Source: Thermoplasmatota archaeon
GTDB lineage: Archaea > Thermoplasmatota > Penumbrarchaeia > Penumbrarchaeales > Penumbrarchaeaceae
Reading direction: 5' to 3'
Length of the DNA: 22,319 nt
Assembly: GCA_029762535.1 (NCBI GenBank)
Contig: JARVGK010000043.1
Location: 1 to 22,319, forward strand
In this document: positions 1 to 9,494 of the stretch, piece by piece
Numbering within the stretch: the stretch's first letter is position 1
Layout: each line of letters opens with the position of its first letter
Position numbers and translations under genes: made by a program
The notes under the pieces: model-generated
Seen by the model: the letters and a program-made list of their open reading frames with translations, nothing else
Database searches by the model: none
What the model was told of the DNA's origin: nothing

Positions 1-620
1 GTCAGGCCCTTCTTCCAGAGCTTCTGACCGTCGGACCCCAGACAAAGTGCCCCGTCCTTGACACCTATTATGACCTCGGGGGTGTCGCCAGCCGTGACAT
101 CGGCCACTATGACGGATGCGAATATCGGCGGAGGCTTGAAGTCCAGACCGGAGGTCTGGGGGGTCTGGCCGAGATAATCGATTATATCATCGGTCCAGGG
201 GTCCTGCCAATAATAGCCTCCTGACATGGGCTCCAGGCAGTATATCGCATCGCCCGCGGAGGCTACGACGATCTCCCTCCTGCCGTCGTTGTTGAAATCG
301 ACGACGGCCGGGGACGAGAGCGGCTCGCCTGCGACCTCGTAGAGGGTCGTGGACCATTTAAGGGTTCCTCCGCCGGACCTTGTTATCCAATCGTTCCTCT
401 GCGGCGTCCCCACTATATCAACTGGTGTATTGATGTTCTCTGCCAGCTTCGTGAACAGCTCCCTCTTTTCGTTGACCCAGGTGTCGAATATCAGCTCATC
501 GACGTCCAGATCGTCCATGTATCTGTAAAATACGTATCCACCCACGCCGACGGCTATCATCATAGCGAGAACGCCTGCGGTGAGGATCCACATTGACGGT
601 TTGTTTCCCTCGGTTTCCAT
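1..620 (-). CDS. Membrane-anchored FG-GAP/VCBS-repeat (PQQ-like beta-propeller) protein, 3' end outside window
   Basis: Not in the ORF track; translated by hand. GGAGGT RBS at 632-627, ATG at 620 (alternative 626). METEGNKPSMWILTAGVLAMMIAVGVGGYVFY is an N-terminal TM helix. SSPAVVDFNNDGRREIVV, ASVIVADVTAGDTPEVIIG and DGQKLW are FG-GAP/propeller-type motifs. Frame is open to position 1. Confidence 0.8.
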   Translation of the reverse strand, partial: METEGNKPSMWILTAGVLAMMIAVGVGGYVFYRYMDDLDVDELIFDTWVNEKRELFTKLAENINTPVDIVGTPQRNDWITRSGGGTLKWSTTLYEVAGEPLSSPAVVDFNNDGRREIVVASAGDAIYCLEPMSGGYYWQDPWTDDIIDYLGQTPQTSGLDFKPPPIFASVIVADVTAGDTPEVIIGVKDGALCLGSDGQKLWKKGL

Positions 621-659
621 TCTCATACCTCCGGTTTTATAGCTATCTCTTTTGTAATG

Positions 660-690
660 CGTTGTTTCAAACAACGGTTTGGATATAAAT
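660..690 (-). promoter_or_regulatory. TATA box plus adjacent perfect palindrome (candidate operator) upstream of the beta-propeller gene
   Basis: Minus-strand TTTATA at 689-684. Inverted repeat CGTTGTTT-C-AAACAACG at 660-676 lies between the TATA box and the RBS. Confidence 0.5.
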
Positions 691-795
691 ATATTACTGT
701 ACACGTGTTGGATTGACCCGATCGCCCTGGAAGGGGGTCTGGATGAAAGGAGGAATCCTTAATAATCTTTTTGAGTAGGACCCGTACGTTCGTAC

Positions 796-1368
796 TCAGT
801 ACATGTCCTTGTTGACCTTCTGATTGCCGATCTCATCCTTGATGAGGGGTATTATCTTGTAAGGAAGTATGTTCTTGTTGATGTGGGTCACCTCAAGGAT
901 GCGGACATCGTCCCTCCTCCTTATATCCTGAAGAAGGGGGTTGCGGGACTTCTTGTGAAGGGTCAGTATCAGGGGTTTGTCGGATTCGAGGACCTCCTTG
1001 ACGACGACCACGAACCTGTCCGACTCGACCTCGAGCTTCCCCACCTCGTCTATGACTATTACCTCGGCCTTCTCGTTGGCGGTGGCGATGGCGTTGACCC
1101 CTATGGAATCCAGCACTTCGATGTCCACGCCGTAGTCCAGGAACCTGACCTCGGACCTCAGGGTCTTATGGGCCAGAACCCCCTTGTTTCCGGTCATGAC
1201 GTCCTCGACCGAGAACCCGACCTTGACCCCGTTCTCCGTTATGGAATCCGTGATCATCCCGCCGACTATGACATCCTCGCCCTGAAGCATCTCCACGACC
1301 CTTCTCAGGGCGTGGGTCTTTCCCGCTCCGGGAAGGCCAGTTATGCCTATCTTTATCTTCTTGCTCAA
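796..1368 (-). CDS. Nucleoside-triphosphatase, THEP1/NTPase_1 family
   Basis: ITGLPGAGKT Walker A and IVIDEVGKLE Walker B typical of THEP1. TTG start is preceded by a GGTGA RBS. Confidence 0.92.
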   Translation of the reverse strand: MSKKIKIGITGLPGAGKTHALRRVVEMLQGEDVIVGGMITDSITENGVKVGFSVEDVMTGNKGVLAHKTLRSEVRFLDYGVDIEVLDSIGVNAIATANEKAEVIVIDEVGKLEVESDRFVVVVKEVLESDKPLILTLHKKSRNPLLQDIRRRDDVRILEVTHINKNILPYKIIPLIKDEIGNQKVNKDMY

Positions 1369-1484
1369 GTTCGCTCACCGTTACCGGGCCAAGGAGCCGT
1401 CTCGGGCCACGGACCCGAATGGAAGGAAGGCTAATTAAATTATGGATTAGAGCCCACCTCGGGGGTGTTCCCCGAGAAAGGTCG

Positions 1485-1498
1485 CCGAAAAATATATA
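1485..1498 (+). promoter_or_regulatory. Archaeal BRE/TATA promoter for the Lrp/AsnC gene
   Basis: CCGAAA followed by AATATATA, ending about 35 nt before the ATG at 1533. Confidence 0.6.
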
Positions 1499-1532
1499 CA
1501 GATAACCGCCCATGGTCGGTAAAGGTGGTTAC

Positions 1533-1769
1533 ATGGTGATCGGTTTCATCCTCATCAGCACGGCCCCGGCCAAGGAACATGATGTGTTCAAAGCGCTTAT
1601 GAACGTCTCGGAGATCGTCGAGCTGCACCCACTATTCGGGGAATACGACCTCATCGCGAAGATAGAGACCCGCGACTTCAACACGCTGGGGCAGATAGTG
1701 GTGGAGAAGGTACGTTCGATCCCGGGTGTCATCGACACCAAGACCCTGACCGGGATCAAGTTCTCCTGA
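1533..1769 (+). CDS. Stand-alone Lrp/AsnC ligand-binding (RAM) domain protein
   Basis: MVIGFILI...HPLFGEYDLIAKIE...VRSIPGVIDTKTL, 78 aa, no HTH. GGTGG RBS favours ATG 1533 over 1512. Confidence 0.9.
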   Translation: MVIGFILISTAPAKEHDVFKALMNVSEIVELHPLFGEYDLIAKIETRDFNTLGQIVVEKVRSIPGVIDTKTLTGIKFS

Positions 1770-1819
1770 AGCAACGGCGAGATCGTCCCGGACGATAGCG
1801 CATGGCGGGTGGATAGAAG

Positions 1820-2257
1820 ATGCATATCGGCAGATCGTATATTGCAGCCTTGATGTTGCTTTGGATACTGTCAGTATGCACCCTGGCGCTCCCACTGGCC
1901 TCCGCGGCCACGCGAACGGAACATGATTATCATAACGATCCCTTCACGTACCTGCTCTTCTCCTTTCTCATGAGCTTCGCGCTCATATGCATACTTCTTG
2001 GAGCGTTCGCGTTCAGGTTCGGGAAGAAGAGGACCAGGTCCTTCTCCGTACCTATGATGATCGGAGGTGTCGTTATCTGGGGCATCTGGGCCTACTTCAA
2101 CCTCATAGCAAGTTCCGAATATCCCGATGATACCGTTTTAGGTATAATACACTGGGTCGCAGCCCCGCTCTTGAAACCGATCATGGCCGTTCTCGGCGTC
2201 GCGGCGGGCTTCGGGCTTGGGCTCCTGATCTTCCTGAACACCATAGTCAGACCCTGA
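1820..2257 (+). CDS. Hypothetical integral membrane protein (signal peptide plus about 3 TM helices)
   Basis: GGTGG RBS and four hydrophobic segments. Stop abuts the convergent vWA gene stop (TGATCA at 2255-2260). Confidence 0.75.
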   Translation: MHIGRSYIAALMLLWILSVCTLALPLASAATRTEHDYHNDPFTYLLFSFLMSFALICILLGAFAFRFGKKRTRSFSVPMMIGGVVIWGIWAYFNLIASSEYPDDTVLGIIHWVAAPLLKPIMAVLGVAAGFGLGLLIFLNTIVRP

Positions 2258-4165
2258 TCATACACCGCCGAGCACCGATGCCGAATCGTAATACCCTCCA
2301 AGCATGCGCGATGCCAGCTGCGTCGGGTCAACCACTATCAGGCTGCCCGAGCCCTCCTTGGCTATCCTGTTGGCCGCGGTCACGAAGACCTGGTCCTTGG
2401 GCTCCAGCAGGAAGGTTATGAAGGAATATTCCCCTGCCCTCCTTATGGACCTTATCTGGTCCAGGGCCTCCTCCATCGACCTGTCGAGGTCCCCGGCCTC
2501 CGGTTCGCCTCCGAGCCCTGTGTATGCCTCCGGCAGCCCGTCCGTGATCAGGAACAGAAGCCTCCTGTCGGACCTTGATGATGCGAGCAGATCCCCGGCC
2601 AGCCTGGCCCCTTCCTGGAGGTTCGTGAACCCTCTGGGTTCCATGGACATGACCTCCTTCAACGTCACCGGGCGGGCCCTTGTGGACATCGATATTATGT
2701 CCACCATGTTGCGGGGGTTGTCCCTCTTTATCGCCTGCGTTAGGGCCAAAACGGAACGCTTGGCAGCCTCGAGCCTCCCGTTCTCCTCCATCGATCCCGA
2801 TGTATCGACGAGTATGACCGCGTGAAGCTCGGAGGTGCTGATCTCTCTCAATACGAGCATGTCAGACGGCTCGAGCCCCCTCTCGCGCGGATGGTTGATC
2901 TTGGAGTTGATGACGGACGCGAGCATGTCCATCCTGGATTCCTCGTGAACGGTCCTGAGCCTGTCCTTCTCATAAACGCCCAGATCGGATCGGTGGCGGC
3001 CCTTGTGCTCCCTTCTCCCGTAGCCGCTGCCGTGCAGCTCGGCGTAGAGCAGCTCGGAGAACTTCTCCACAAGGGCCTCCGTTATCTCGTAATCGGCATC
3101 GTCGCCGTCGCGCTTTGCCAGAAAGCCCATCATCGACAGGGTGGAGATCATCTCTTTCCTCAGCTGCTCCCTGGTCATCGTGCTTACTTCTTTGTCCATC
3201 TCCTTTACCTCTTGATCGAACTGCCTCTCCATCCTGTATATGGAGTCCCTCATCTCCTCCTCGGTCCTATCCATCCGCTCTCTTCTCCTCTCCGCCTCCG
3301 CACGCCTGGATTCGAGGGAGGCCTTGGCGCTTTCGGCCCTGGTCCTGACCTCCTCCTCGAGGACCTTTGTCGCCTCCTTTCGGTACCATTCAGGATCCGC
3401 CGAGGACCGCATCCTCACCAGGCCAGAGGAGTATCCGTACCTTTCGGAGATCCTGCTGTTCACCGCCTTCTGCAGCTCCTTATCGCCGTGAAGTTTCCTG
3501 CTCATCTCCCTCTCCCAAGCCTCCAGATCACCTTGGAGCATCTGGAACGGGAGGGAGATGGCCTCCCGCCTCCTGCGCTCCTCCTTGCGATTTCCCCCCC
3601 TTTTCCCCTTTCCGAAGAGGGCCCTGATCCAGAATAGGAAACGGATGAACATCGCCCAAATTCGCCGGAAGAAGCGTTTGACCGCCTCTGTCAACCGCCT
3701 CAAGAGGCCTGGTCTGAGTATGGGTGCCGGCTCGTACTCCCTCGATTCTATAAGATCGATTAGCTCGGAGGCGAGTATCTCCCCCCTAATGTCCTCGGGC
3801 CTGATCCTTCCGCGGCCGTCGTCCATCAGACCGTCGGGAGCCGACGTCCCCCCCATCCTACCGCTGGCCGCCATGCGCTGTATCTCGGCGTCCAGCGCCT
3901 CGCGGCGACTGGCCTTTACCCTCTCCACCTGTTCTTTGATGCTCTGACGGATCTCGTCCATCCTCTCTCTTACCGCCCCCTCAACGTCCTTGCCGTCAAG
4001 ATACTCGTCCAGGCCCTGAATGCCCTTCTCGGCCAGCTTTCGAACCACCTTCCTCCTCTCGCGGGATCCCAGGCGGAACGGCCGGTATATGCCCTTGCTG
4101 CAGTCGGGCACCACCACGTCCCCTATCCTCAGGACGGGATATTCGCCCTCCGCCGATCCGGGCAT
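2258..4165 (-). CDS. vWA (MIDAS) domain protein with long coiled-coil N-terminal region, partner of the adjacent AAA+ ATPase
   Basis: ILVDTSGSM (DxSxS), GFTNLQEG and FLITDGLPEA. GAGGTG RBS before ATG 4165. Confidence 0.88.
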   Translation of the reverse strand: MPGSAEGEYPVLRIGDVVVPDCSKGIYRPFRLGSRERRKVVRKLAEKGIQGLDEYLDGKDVEGAVRERMDEIRQSIKEQVERVKASRREALDAEIQRMAASGRMGGTSAPDGLMDDGRGRIRPEDIRGEILASELIDLIESREYEPAPILRPGLLRRLTEAVKRFFRRIWAMFIRFLFWIRALFGKGKRGGNRKEERRRREAISLPFQMLQGDLEAWEREMSRKLHGDKELQKAVNSRISERYGYSSGLVRMRSSADPEWYRKEATKVLEEEVRTRAESAKASLESRRAEAERRRERMDRTEEEMRDSIYRMERQFDQEVKEMDKEVSTMTREQLRKEMISTLSMMGFLAKRDGDDADYEITEALVEKFSELLYAELHGSGYGRREHKGRHRSDLGVYEKDRLRTVHEESRMDMLASVINSKINHPRERGLEPSDMLVLREISTSELHAVILVDTSGSMEENGRLEAAKRSVLALTQAIKRDNPRNMVDIISMSTRARPVTLKEVMSMEPRGFTNLQEGARLAGDLLASSRSDRRLLFLITDGLPEAYTGLGGEPEAGDLDRSMEEALDQIRSIRRAGEYSFITFLLEPKDQVFVTAANRIAKEGSGSLIVVDPTQLASRMLGGYYDSASVLGGV

Positions 4166-4184
4166 TATTCGACACCTCGCTCTA

Positions 4185-5639
4185 TCATGGTCCTTGTGCA
4201 GGCCTGCATCCGAAATCCTTCATCTGTCCCATTATACCCACGACCGCCGACCGGACCTCCTCATCGGTCAATCCTCCGGCGTTCCTCTCGTTCACCGATA
4301 TGAACTTCGCCAGCAGGTCCCCGTCGGCCCCGCCGGGTATGGAACCTTCCGATATCGCCCTGGCCAGCTTCTCGGCCCTCTGGGCACTGGCGCCCAGGTC
4401 CCTCTGGAAGAAAGTGCACCAGTAAAGCCTGAAACCCCTCTCCACCGAGAGCTCCATGTTTCCCGACAGGTATTCCCTGACTATCTCCTCGTTCCTCTGG
4501 AACGAATCCCCGCCCCGGGCCCGTATCCTGCCGTACATCGCATCCTTTACCCCCTTTTCGAAATCCTCGACCGCGACCTGCCTGGACCCCCGCAGTAGGG
4601 CGTATGCGATCGACCTTGAGACCATATCGAGTATGGTCCTGTTCGAGCCTACCTCCGATAGCTCGGGTAGGTCCACCGATAGGTCCCTCCACGCCTCGAC
4701 CGTGAATATGGATGCGTGCATGAGTATCTCCGGCATCATCACCCCTCTGGGGTCCGGCCTCCTCGCGACCTCGAGTATCCTCCTATTCCTACTATGCTCC
4801 CTGATGTAGTCCACGTAGATGTTCGTTAGCCTGTCGTTCAGTGGCTCGTTGATAGCATCCAGATCTCTCAAGTTCGAGGTCGTCACCGCCACGAAACCCG
4901 CCGGAAAGGTCTCCCTGGACTTGGCCGGGGTCACGATCCCTTCCTGAAGTGCCTGCAGGAGGACGTTCTGCGTCCCGAGGGGCAGCTTTCCCACCTCGTC
5001 CACGAGGAGGAGCCCCCTGTTGGCCTGAAGCAGCTTCCCCGGCTCAAGGACAAGGGGGCTCGTGGGATCCCCGATCTCCTCCAACCTGTGCAGGTTGAAT
5101 ACGCCGGTGAGATTGTCCGGGAACACCTCGGCAGAACCCTGGACCCTGGCGAGACCGTATCCCTCCCGGAGCCTGGTCCTGACCACCGGGACCGAAGAAG
5201 GGTCCACCATGGAAGGATCGAACTCGCCGCCCGGACCGAAACGTGACTCGCAGCTGGGACAGCATGGGGACCGGGCGTGATGCTCCTTGTCGAACACGGA
5301 AAAGGGGTCGTCCTGGACGGGGCACCCTTCGACGGCCATGACCTCTTTCGGAAAGATCCTCCAGAGCTCCTTTGCCAGGCTTGTCTTCCCCGTCCCGGAC
5401 GGTCCGAACAGCAGTATATGGCTGCCGGCAAGTATGGCGGATATCAGGCTCTCCATCACGTCCGGGCCGACTATGGTGCTCCTGAAAAGGAGCGCCATGG
5501 CCTCGTCCCTGGAATAACCCTTGGCCCTGGCCCTCTCGATACTATCGAGCACCGTCTCCGACAGGGACTCCTGGGCGGTCCTGGGCCTGTATCCGCTGTC
5601 CTTCAACATCGCAGCGTTGAACTCCTTATCTTTTGGCAT
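4185..5639 (-). CDS. AAA+ ATPase, Mg-chelatase subunit I (ChlI)/MoxR-like family
   Basis: GPSGTGKT Walker A, LLLVDEVGKL Walker B, PGKLLQANRG, QNVLLQALQEG and a Cys-rich insert CPVQDDP...CCPSC. GGAGGA RBS supports ATG 5639 (MPKDKEF) rather than 5768. Confidence 0.88.
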   Translation of the reverse strand: MPKDKEFNAAMLKDSGYRPRTAQESLSETVLDSIERARAKGYSRDEAMALLFRSTIVGPDVMESLISAILAGSHILLFGPSGTGKTSLAKELWRIFPKEVMAVEGCPVQDDPFSVFDKEHHARSPCCPSCESRFGPGGEFDPSMVDPSSVPVVRTRLREGYGLARVQGSAEVFPDNLTGVFNLHRLEEIGDPTSPLVLEPGKLLQANRGLLLVDEVGKLPLGTQNVLLQALQEGIVTPAKSRETFPAGFVAVTTSNLRDLDAINEPLNDRLTNIYVDYIREHSRNRRILEVARRPDPRGVMMPEILMHASIFTVEAWRDLSVDLPELSEVGSNRTILDMVSRSIAYALLRGSRQVAVEDFEKGVKDAMYGRIRARGGDSFQRNEEIVREYLSGNMELSVERGFRLYWCTFFQRDLGASAQRAEKLARAISEGSIPGGADGDLLAKFISVNERNAGGLTDEEVRSAVVGIMGQMKDFGCRPAQGP

Positions 5640-5751
5640 GTTCCATCCTCCGTCCGCTATTCGGTCCGGTGGTCCTTTGGACCCCCGGAGAACGGTTATT
5701 ATTATTAGGTCGGTATCGATGCGGTCCAATAAAGGTTTTGGGTGGAATAAG

Positions 5752-6744
5752 ATGGATAGACCCCGCATCCTTCTGACGAGGGCCCTTCCGGAGGAAGGGA
5801 TCGAAAGGCTGCATGAGGAGTGTGAACTGGACCAGTGGGATCATGACCATCCCATGCCGCGCGGCGAGCTGATGGAGAGGATCGCATCGGCCGATGCGCT
5901 GATATGCCTCCTCTCCGATCGAATAGACGAGGAGCTGCTCAGGAGGGGGGCTCGCCTTCGGGCGATAGGCGTTTACGCCGTCGGTTACGACAATGTCGAT
6001 GTGAACGCCGCCACGGCCAGAGGGATCCCCGTCTTCAACACGCCGGGTGTCCTCACCGACGCCACTGCGGACATGGCCTTCGCCCTGCTCCTGTCGCTCG
6101 CCAGGAGGATCGTGGAAGGGGATAGGATGGTCCGGGAGGGAAGGTTCCACTCCTGGGGGCCGAAGCTGCTTCTGGGCAAGGACCTTCGCGGATCGACGCT
6201 GGGCGTGGTCGGGGCCGGCAGCATCGGAGGCGCCGTCCTGAGGCGCGGCAAGGCCTTTGGAATGGACCTGGTCTATCACTCAAGGACAAGGAAGGACGCC
6301 CTGGAATCGGAGCTCGGCGCGCGGTATGCGGGCCTGGACGAGCTGCTGTCGGTATCCGACGTCGTCTCCCTGAACGTCCCTCTAACATCCGAAACGCATC
6401 ACCTCATGGGGGCCCGGGAGTTCGGCCTCATGAAGGACGACGCGCTCCTTGTAAATACGGCGAGGGGCCCAGTTGTGGACGAGGTCGAGCTCTACGAAGC
6501 CCTGGCGTCCGGCAGGATCGGAGGGGCGGCCCTTGACGTTTACGAGAGGGAGCCCGATGTTTACGCTCCCCTGCTGAAGCTCGACAACGTCGTGCTCGCC
6601 CCCCATCTGGGATCCGCCACTGTACATACGAGGACAAAGATGGCCCGCATGGTCTGCGATGCCGTCCTCGATCACCTCAGCGGGGGACGGCCTGAGAACT
6701 GCGTGAACCCCTCGGTGCTGGTCTCTAAGGGGGAAGGCAAATGA
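5752..6744 (+). CDS. gyaR: Glyoxylate reductase / D-glycerate dehydrogenase (D-2-hydroxyacid dehydrogenase family)
   Basis: AVGYDNVD, NTPGVLTDATAD, GVVGAGSIG, NTARGPVVDE, LDVYEREP and PHLGSAT. GGTGG RBS supports ATG 5752 (MDRPRILLTR). Confidence 0.88.
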   Translation: MDRPRILLTRALPEEGIERLHEECELDQWDHDHPMPRGELMERIASADALICLLSDRIDEELLRRGARLRAIGVYAVGYDNVDVNAATARGIPVFNTPGVLTDATADMAFALLLSLARRIVEGDRMVREGRFHSWGPKLLLGKDLRGSTLGVVGAGSIGGAVLRRGKAFGMDLVYHSRTRKDALESELGARYAGLDELLSVSDVVSLNVPLTSETHHLMGAREFGLMKDDALLVNTARGPVVDEVELYEALASGRIGGAALDVYEREPDVYAPLLKLDNVVLAPHLGSATVHTRTKMARMVCDAVLDHLSGGRPENCVNPSVLVSKGEGK

Positions 6745-8750
6745 GCCCGGAAGGATGCTCCTTCGAGATAACGCATACCGATCTTGCCGGCAGGATCGGA
6801 AGGCTCAGCGTCAATGGAAGGACGGTCACGACGCCCGCACTGATGCCCGTGGTCAACCCCAACCTTCTCTCGCTGCCGGGCGCCCTGACCCCTGCCGAGA
6901 TGCGCTCCGACATGGGCTTCGAGATGATCATAACGAACTCCTACATCATCCGGAAGGGCAAGGAGCTCAAGGACAGGGCGCTTTCCATGGGCCTACACGA
7001 TCTTCTGGATTTCGATGGAGTGATAATGACCGACTCAGGAACGTTCCAATCCTACGTTTACGGGTCCGGCGACCGGGAGGTCGAGGTGGACCCCCTGGAG
7101 ATCGTCGAGTTCCAGCGGGATATCGGATCGGACATCGGGACGATACTCGATCGCTTCACGCCCCCCGATGTAGGATACGAGGATGCCCTCGCCTACCTGA
7201 ATACCACAATGGAGAGGGCCGGGGCATCCGTCCCGCACAAGGGAGAGATGGAGCTAGCCATACCGGTACAGGGCGGAGTCCACATGGACCTCAGGACCAG
7301 ATCCGGGGCCGCTGTCCGCGAACTTGGGGCCGCCTACGCACCGATAGGAGGGGTCGTGCCCCTTCTTGAATCCTACAGCTATGCCCGGCTGGTGGACGTC
7401 ATCGTAGCTGCCAAGAAGGGGTTGGGCCCGGCCATGCCCGCGCATCTCTTCGGTGCCGGGCATCCCATGGTCCTGCCCCTGGCATCGGCCCTGGGATGCG
7501 ATCTCTTCGACTCCGCATCCTACGCCAAGTTCGCCGCTGACGGCAGGTACATGACCCAGGACAGGACCCTGCACATCGAGGACATGGAGGAGCTGCCGTG
7601 CCCCTGCCCGGTCTGTTCCAGGAACGATGCGAAGGACCTTCGCTCCATGTCCGGTTCCCTTCGCACCGCCGCTATCTCGAGGCACAACCTCTGGGTCCTG
7701 GGATCCATCATGGCCTCAATACGGACCGCCATCCGGGAGGGCACCCTTTGGGAACTTGTGGAGCGCTCAGGGGCCACGAACCCTTCGATGGCCTCCGCGG
7801 TGAGGAAACTCTCCGATCACACCGATTACATCGAGAGGGAGGCCCCACGCTCCACCAGGAGGTTCATGTGCGTTTCGGACCACTCCCTTGACCGCCCGGA
7901 GTTCACCCGGACGGCCAATGATCTCGCGGAGAGGATCCCCCCCGCGCAGAAGGCATTCACCCACTTCATAAGGGAACCAGGGGCATCCCATCGCCCTCAC
8001 GTCGAAGGTTCGGCGAGGGCCGTCCACGTTGCTGGAGGGGCGGTCGCCGTGATAACACCTCTGGGAGCGATCCCTTATGCGGTCTGGGAGATGTACCCGT
8101 TCTCCCAGCTGGTCATCTCCGAAGTGGACTCGCTGCCGCCCGCCATGCGCTCTCTGTACGACTCGGCGATGTCGTCTTTGGGGCCAGATGTATGCGATCT
8201 CGATGAGGCTGATATCGTAAATGCCGCTGGCAGGGAGGAGTTCGACCGCTTCAAGGCGGCCCTGATGACGAGGATGCAGTTCGGATCCTACGAGGGCAGG
8301 GGCGCCGATGATATCCTATTCGGAGGCTCCCCTGACCGGATAGAGCTTGTCCGCTCCCGAAGGACGGGCAAGCTGAGGAACGTGAAACTGCCCTCGAGGG
8401 GAGGGGAGCATGTCCTATCGTTGAGGGCGCAGGACGGCCTCTTCAGCCTGAAGTGGAAAGGAGCGCAGCTCCTGCATGCCTCCACAGGGGGCGGTTATAT
8501 GAGGGTCATCGTGGAGGACGGAACGGGGGAGTTCAACGCCAAGGGCTACAACGTCTTCAACAAGTTCGTCCTGGATGCCGATCCGGGTATCAGGGCCGGC
8601 GACGAGGTCCTGGTCGTCGACAGGGAGGATGGCCTGTACGCCGTGGGCAAGGCGGTCGTGGGTGCGGCGGCCATGATCGATGCGAAGGCCGGCATTGCCG
8701 TCAAGGTCAGGGAGGGCAGGGACAAGGCACTGCCCGATGAGGCATCATAG
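6741..8750 (+). CDS. tgtA: Archaeosine tRNA-guanine(15) transglycosylase
   Basis: TPALMPV, MTDSGTFQ (catalytic Asp), HLFGAGHP, FDSASY, Zn site CPCPVC...HNL and a C-terminal PUA domain. ATGA overlap with the upstream gene. Confidence 0.95.
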   Translation: MSPEGCSFEITHTDLAGRIGRLSVNGRTVTTPALMPVVNPNLLSLPGALTPAEMRSDMGFEMIITNSYIIRKGKELKDRALSMGLHDLLDFDGVIMTDSGTFQSYVYGSGDREVEVDPLEIVEFQRDIGSDIGTILDRFTPPDVGYEDALAYLNTTMERAGASVPHKGEMELAIPVQGGVHMDLRTRSGAAVRELGAAYAPIGGVVPLLESYSYARLVDVIVAAKKGLGPAMPAHLFGAGHPMVLPLASALGCDLFDSASYAKFAADGRYMTQDRTLHIEDMEELPCPCPVCSRNDAKDLRSMSGSLRTAAISRHNLWVLGSIMASIRTAIREGTLWELVERSGATNPSMASAVRKLSDHTDYIEREAPRSTRRFMCVSDHSLDRPEFTRTANDLAERIPPAQKAFTHFIREPGASHRPHVEGSARAVHVAGGAVAVITPLGAIPYAVWEMYPFSQLVISEVDSLPPAMRSLYDSAMSSLGPDVCDLDEADIVNAAGREEFDRFKAALMTRMQFGSYEGRGADDILFGGSPDRIELVRSRRTGKLRNVKLPSRGGEHVLSLRAQDGLFSLKWKGAQLLHASTGGGYMRVIVEDGTGEFNAKGYNVFNKFVLDADPGIRAGDEVLVVDREDGLYAVGKAVVGAAAMIDAKAGIAVKVREGRDKALPDEAS

Positions 8751-8785
8751 TTAATAGAGAAAAGACATATCCGGGGTCGATAAAC

Positions 8786-9478
8786 ATGATGCAGGGCGAG
8801 GGCAAAACGGCGGCGCAGGGACTTGCTATTCTTGAGCCAGGCAGCTTCGGAATGAGGCGCAGGGCGCTTATCAGGATATTCAAGGCGGACCCGGATTCGA
8901 GCGGGTCCTCGGTGACGCTCGTTAGGACGCTGACGACGTCAGTTGTCATCGACAGCGGAGGGGGCAAGGACCGAGAGTACATCATCAAGGGCTTCAAGGA
9001 CAATCAGCTGGCGGCCGAGAAGATCAACGTTCTTCTGACCACATGCGCCGCCTGCGGCTATGCCGAGAACGACGACCTTTTCCCCCACGCCCTGCAGCAC
9101 GTCTCCAGGAGTGATTGGAGCAGCGTCAAGGGATCCACATCAAGGCGGGTCATGATCGCCACCGACGTGCACTGGATAGACAGATACCTGAAGATAATCA
9201 GGTTGGACGTCGAGGGATCCGAAGTTCTGACCCTGCAGGTGCATTTCCCGGCCAAGGAGGAGCTCATGGAGCCAGCGTCAAGGGAGTTCTGCGGCAAGGT
9301 GGTCGGGGTCCTCGGCGCTGCCATGCCCTCGGCCAGGATGTTCTTGGAACTGATCGATGAGGTCAGGCGCGAGAGGGCCGCGGGTGCCAAAATGGAGACA
9401 GTCCCGAAGACGATCAAAGACATGCTCATGTCCTGCGACGTGGTGATCCCGGGCAGGGGCGAGACGATACACCTCTGA
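8786..9478 (+). CDS. Degenerate metallo-beta-lactamase-fold protein (metal ligands lost)
   Basis: SSVTLVR...VVIDSG...INVLLTTCAACGYAENDDLFPHA...DVVIPGRG follows the MBL pattern (IDTG, THxHxDHxGN..LFP, IPGHG), but the histidines are replaced. Confidence 0.65.
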   Translation: MMQGEGKTAAQGLAILEPGSFGMRRRALIRIFKADPDSSGSSVTLVRTLTTSVVIDSGGGKDREYIIKGFKDNQLAAEKINVLLTTCAACGYAENDDLFPHALQHVSRSDWSSVKGSTSRRVMIATDVHWIDRYLKIIRLDVEGSEVLTLQVHFPAKEELMEPASREFCGKVVGVLGAAMPSARMFLELIDEVRRERAAGAKMETVPKTIKDMLMSCDVVIPGRGETIHL

Positions 9479-9481
9479 CGA

Positions 9482-9494
9482 CGAAAGTTTTAAA
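9482..9494 (+). promoter_or_regulatory. Archaeal BRE/TATA promoter for the R15P isomerase-AMP phosphorylase operon
   Basis: CGAAAG followed by TTTTAAA, ending about 28 nt before ATG 9523. Confidence 0.6.

Noticed and set aside
784-802. GTAC-containing short inverted repeats at the NTPase stop
   Set aside because: The arms are only 4-5 bp and not distinguishable from chance.
5521-5768. Long N-terminal extensions of the dehydrogenase (from 5521) and AAA+ ATPase (from 5768)
   Set aside because: They would overlap head-to-head. RBS-supported starts at 5752 and 5639 leave a normal divergent intergenic region.
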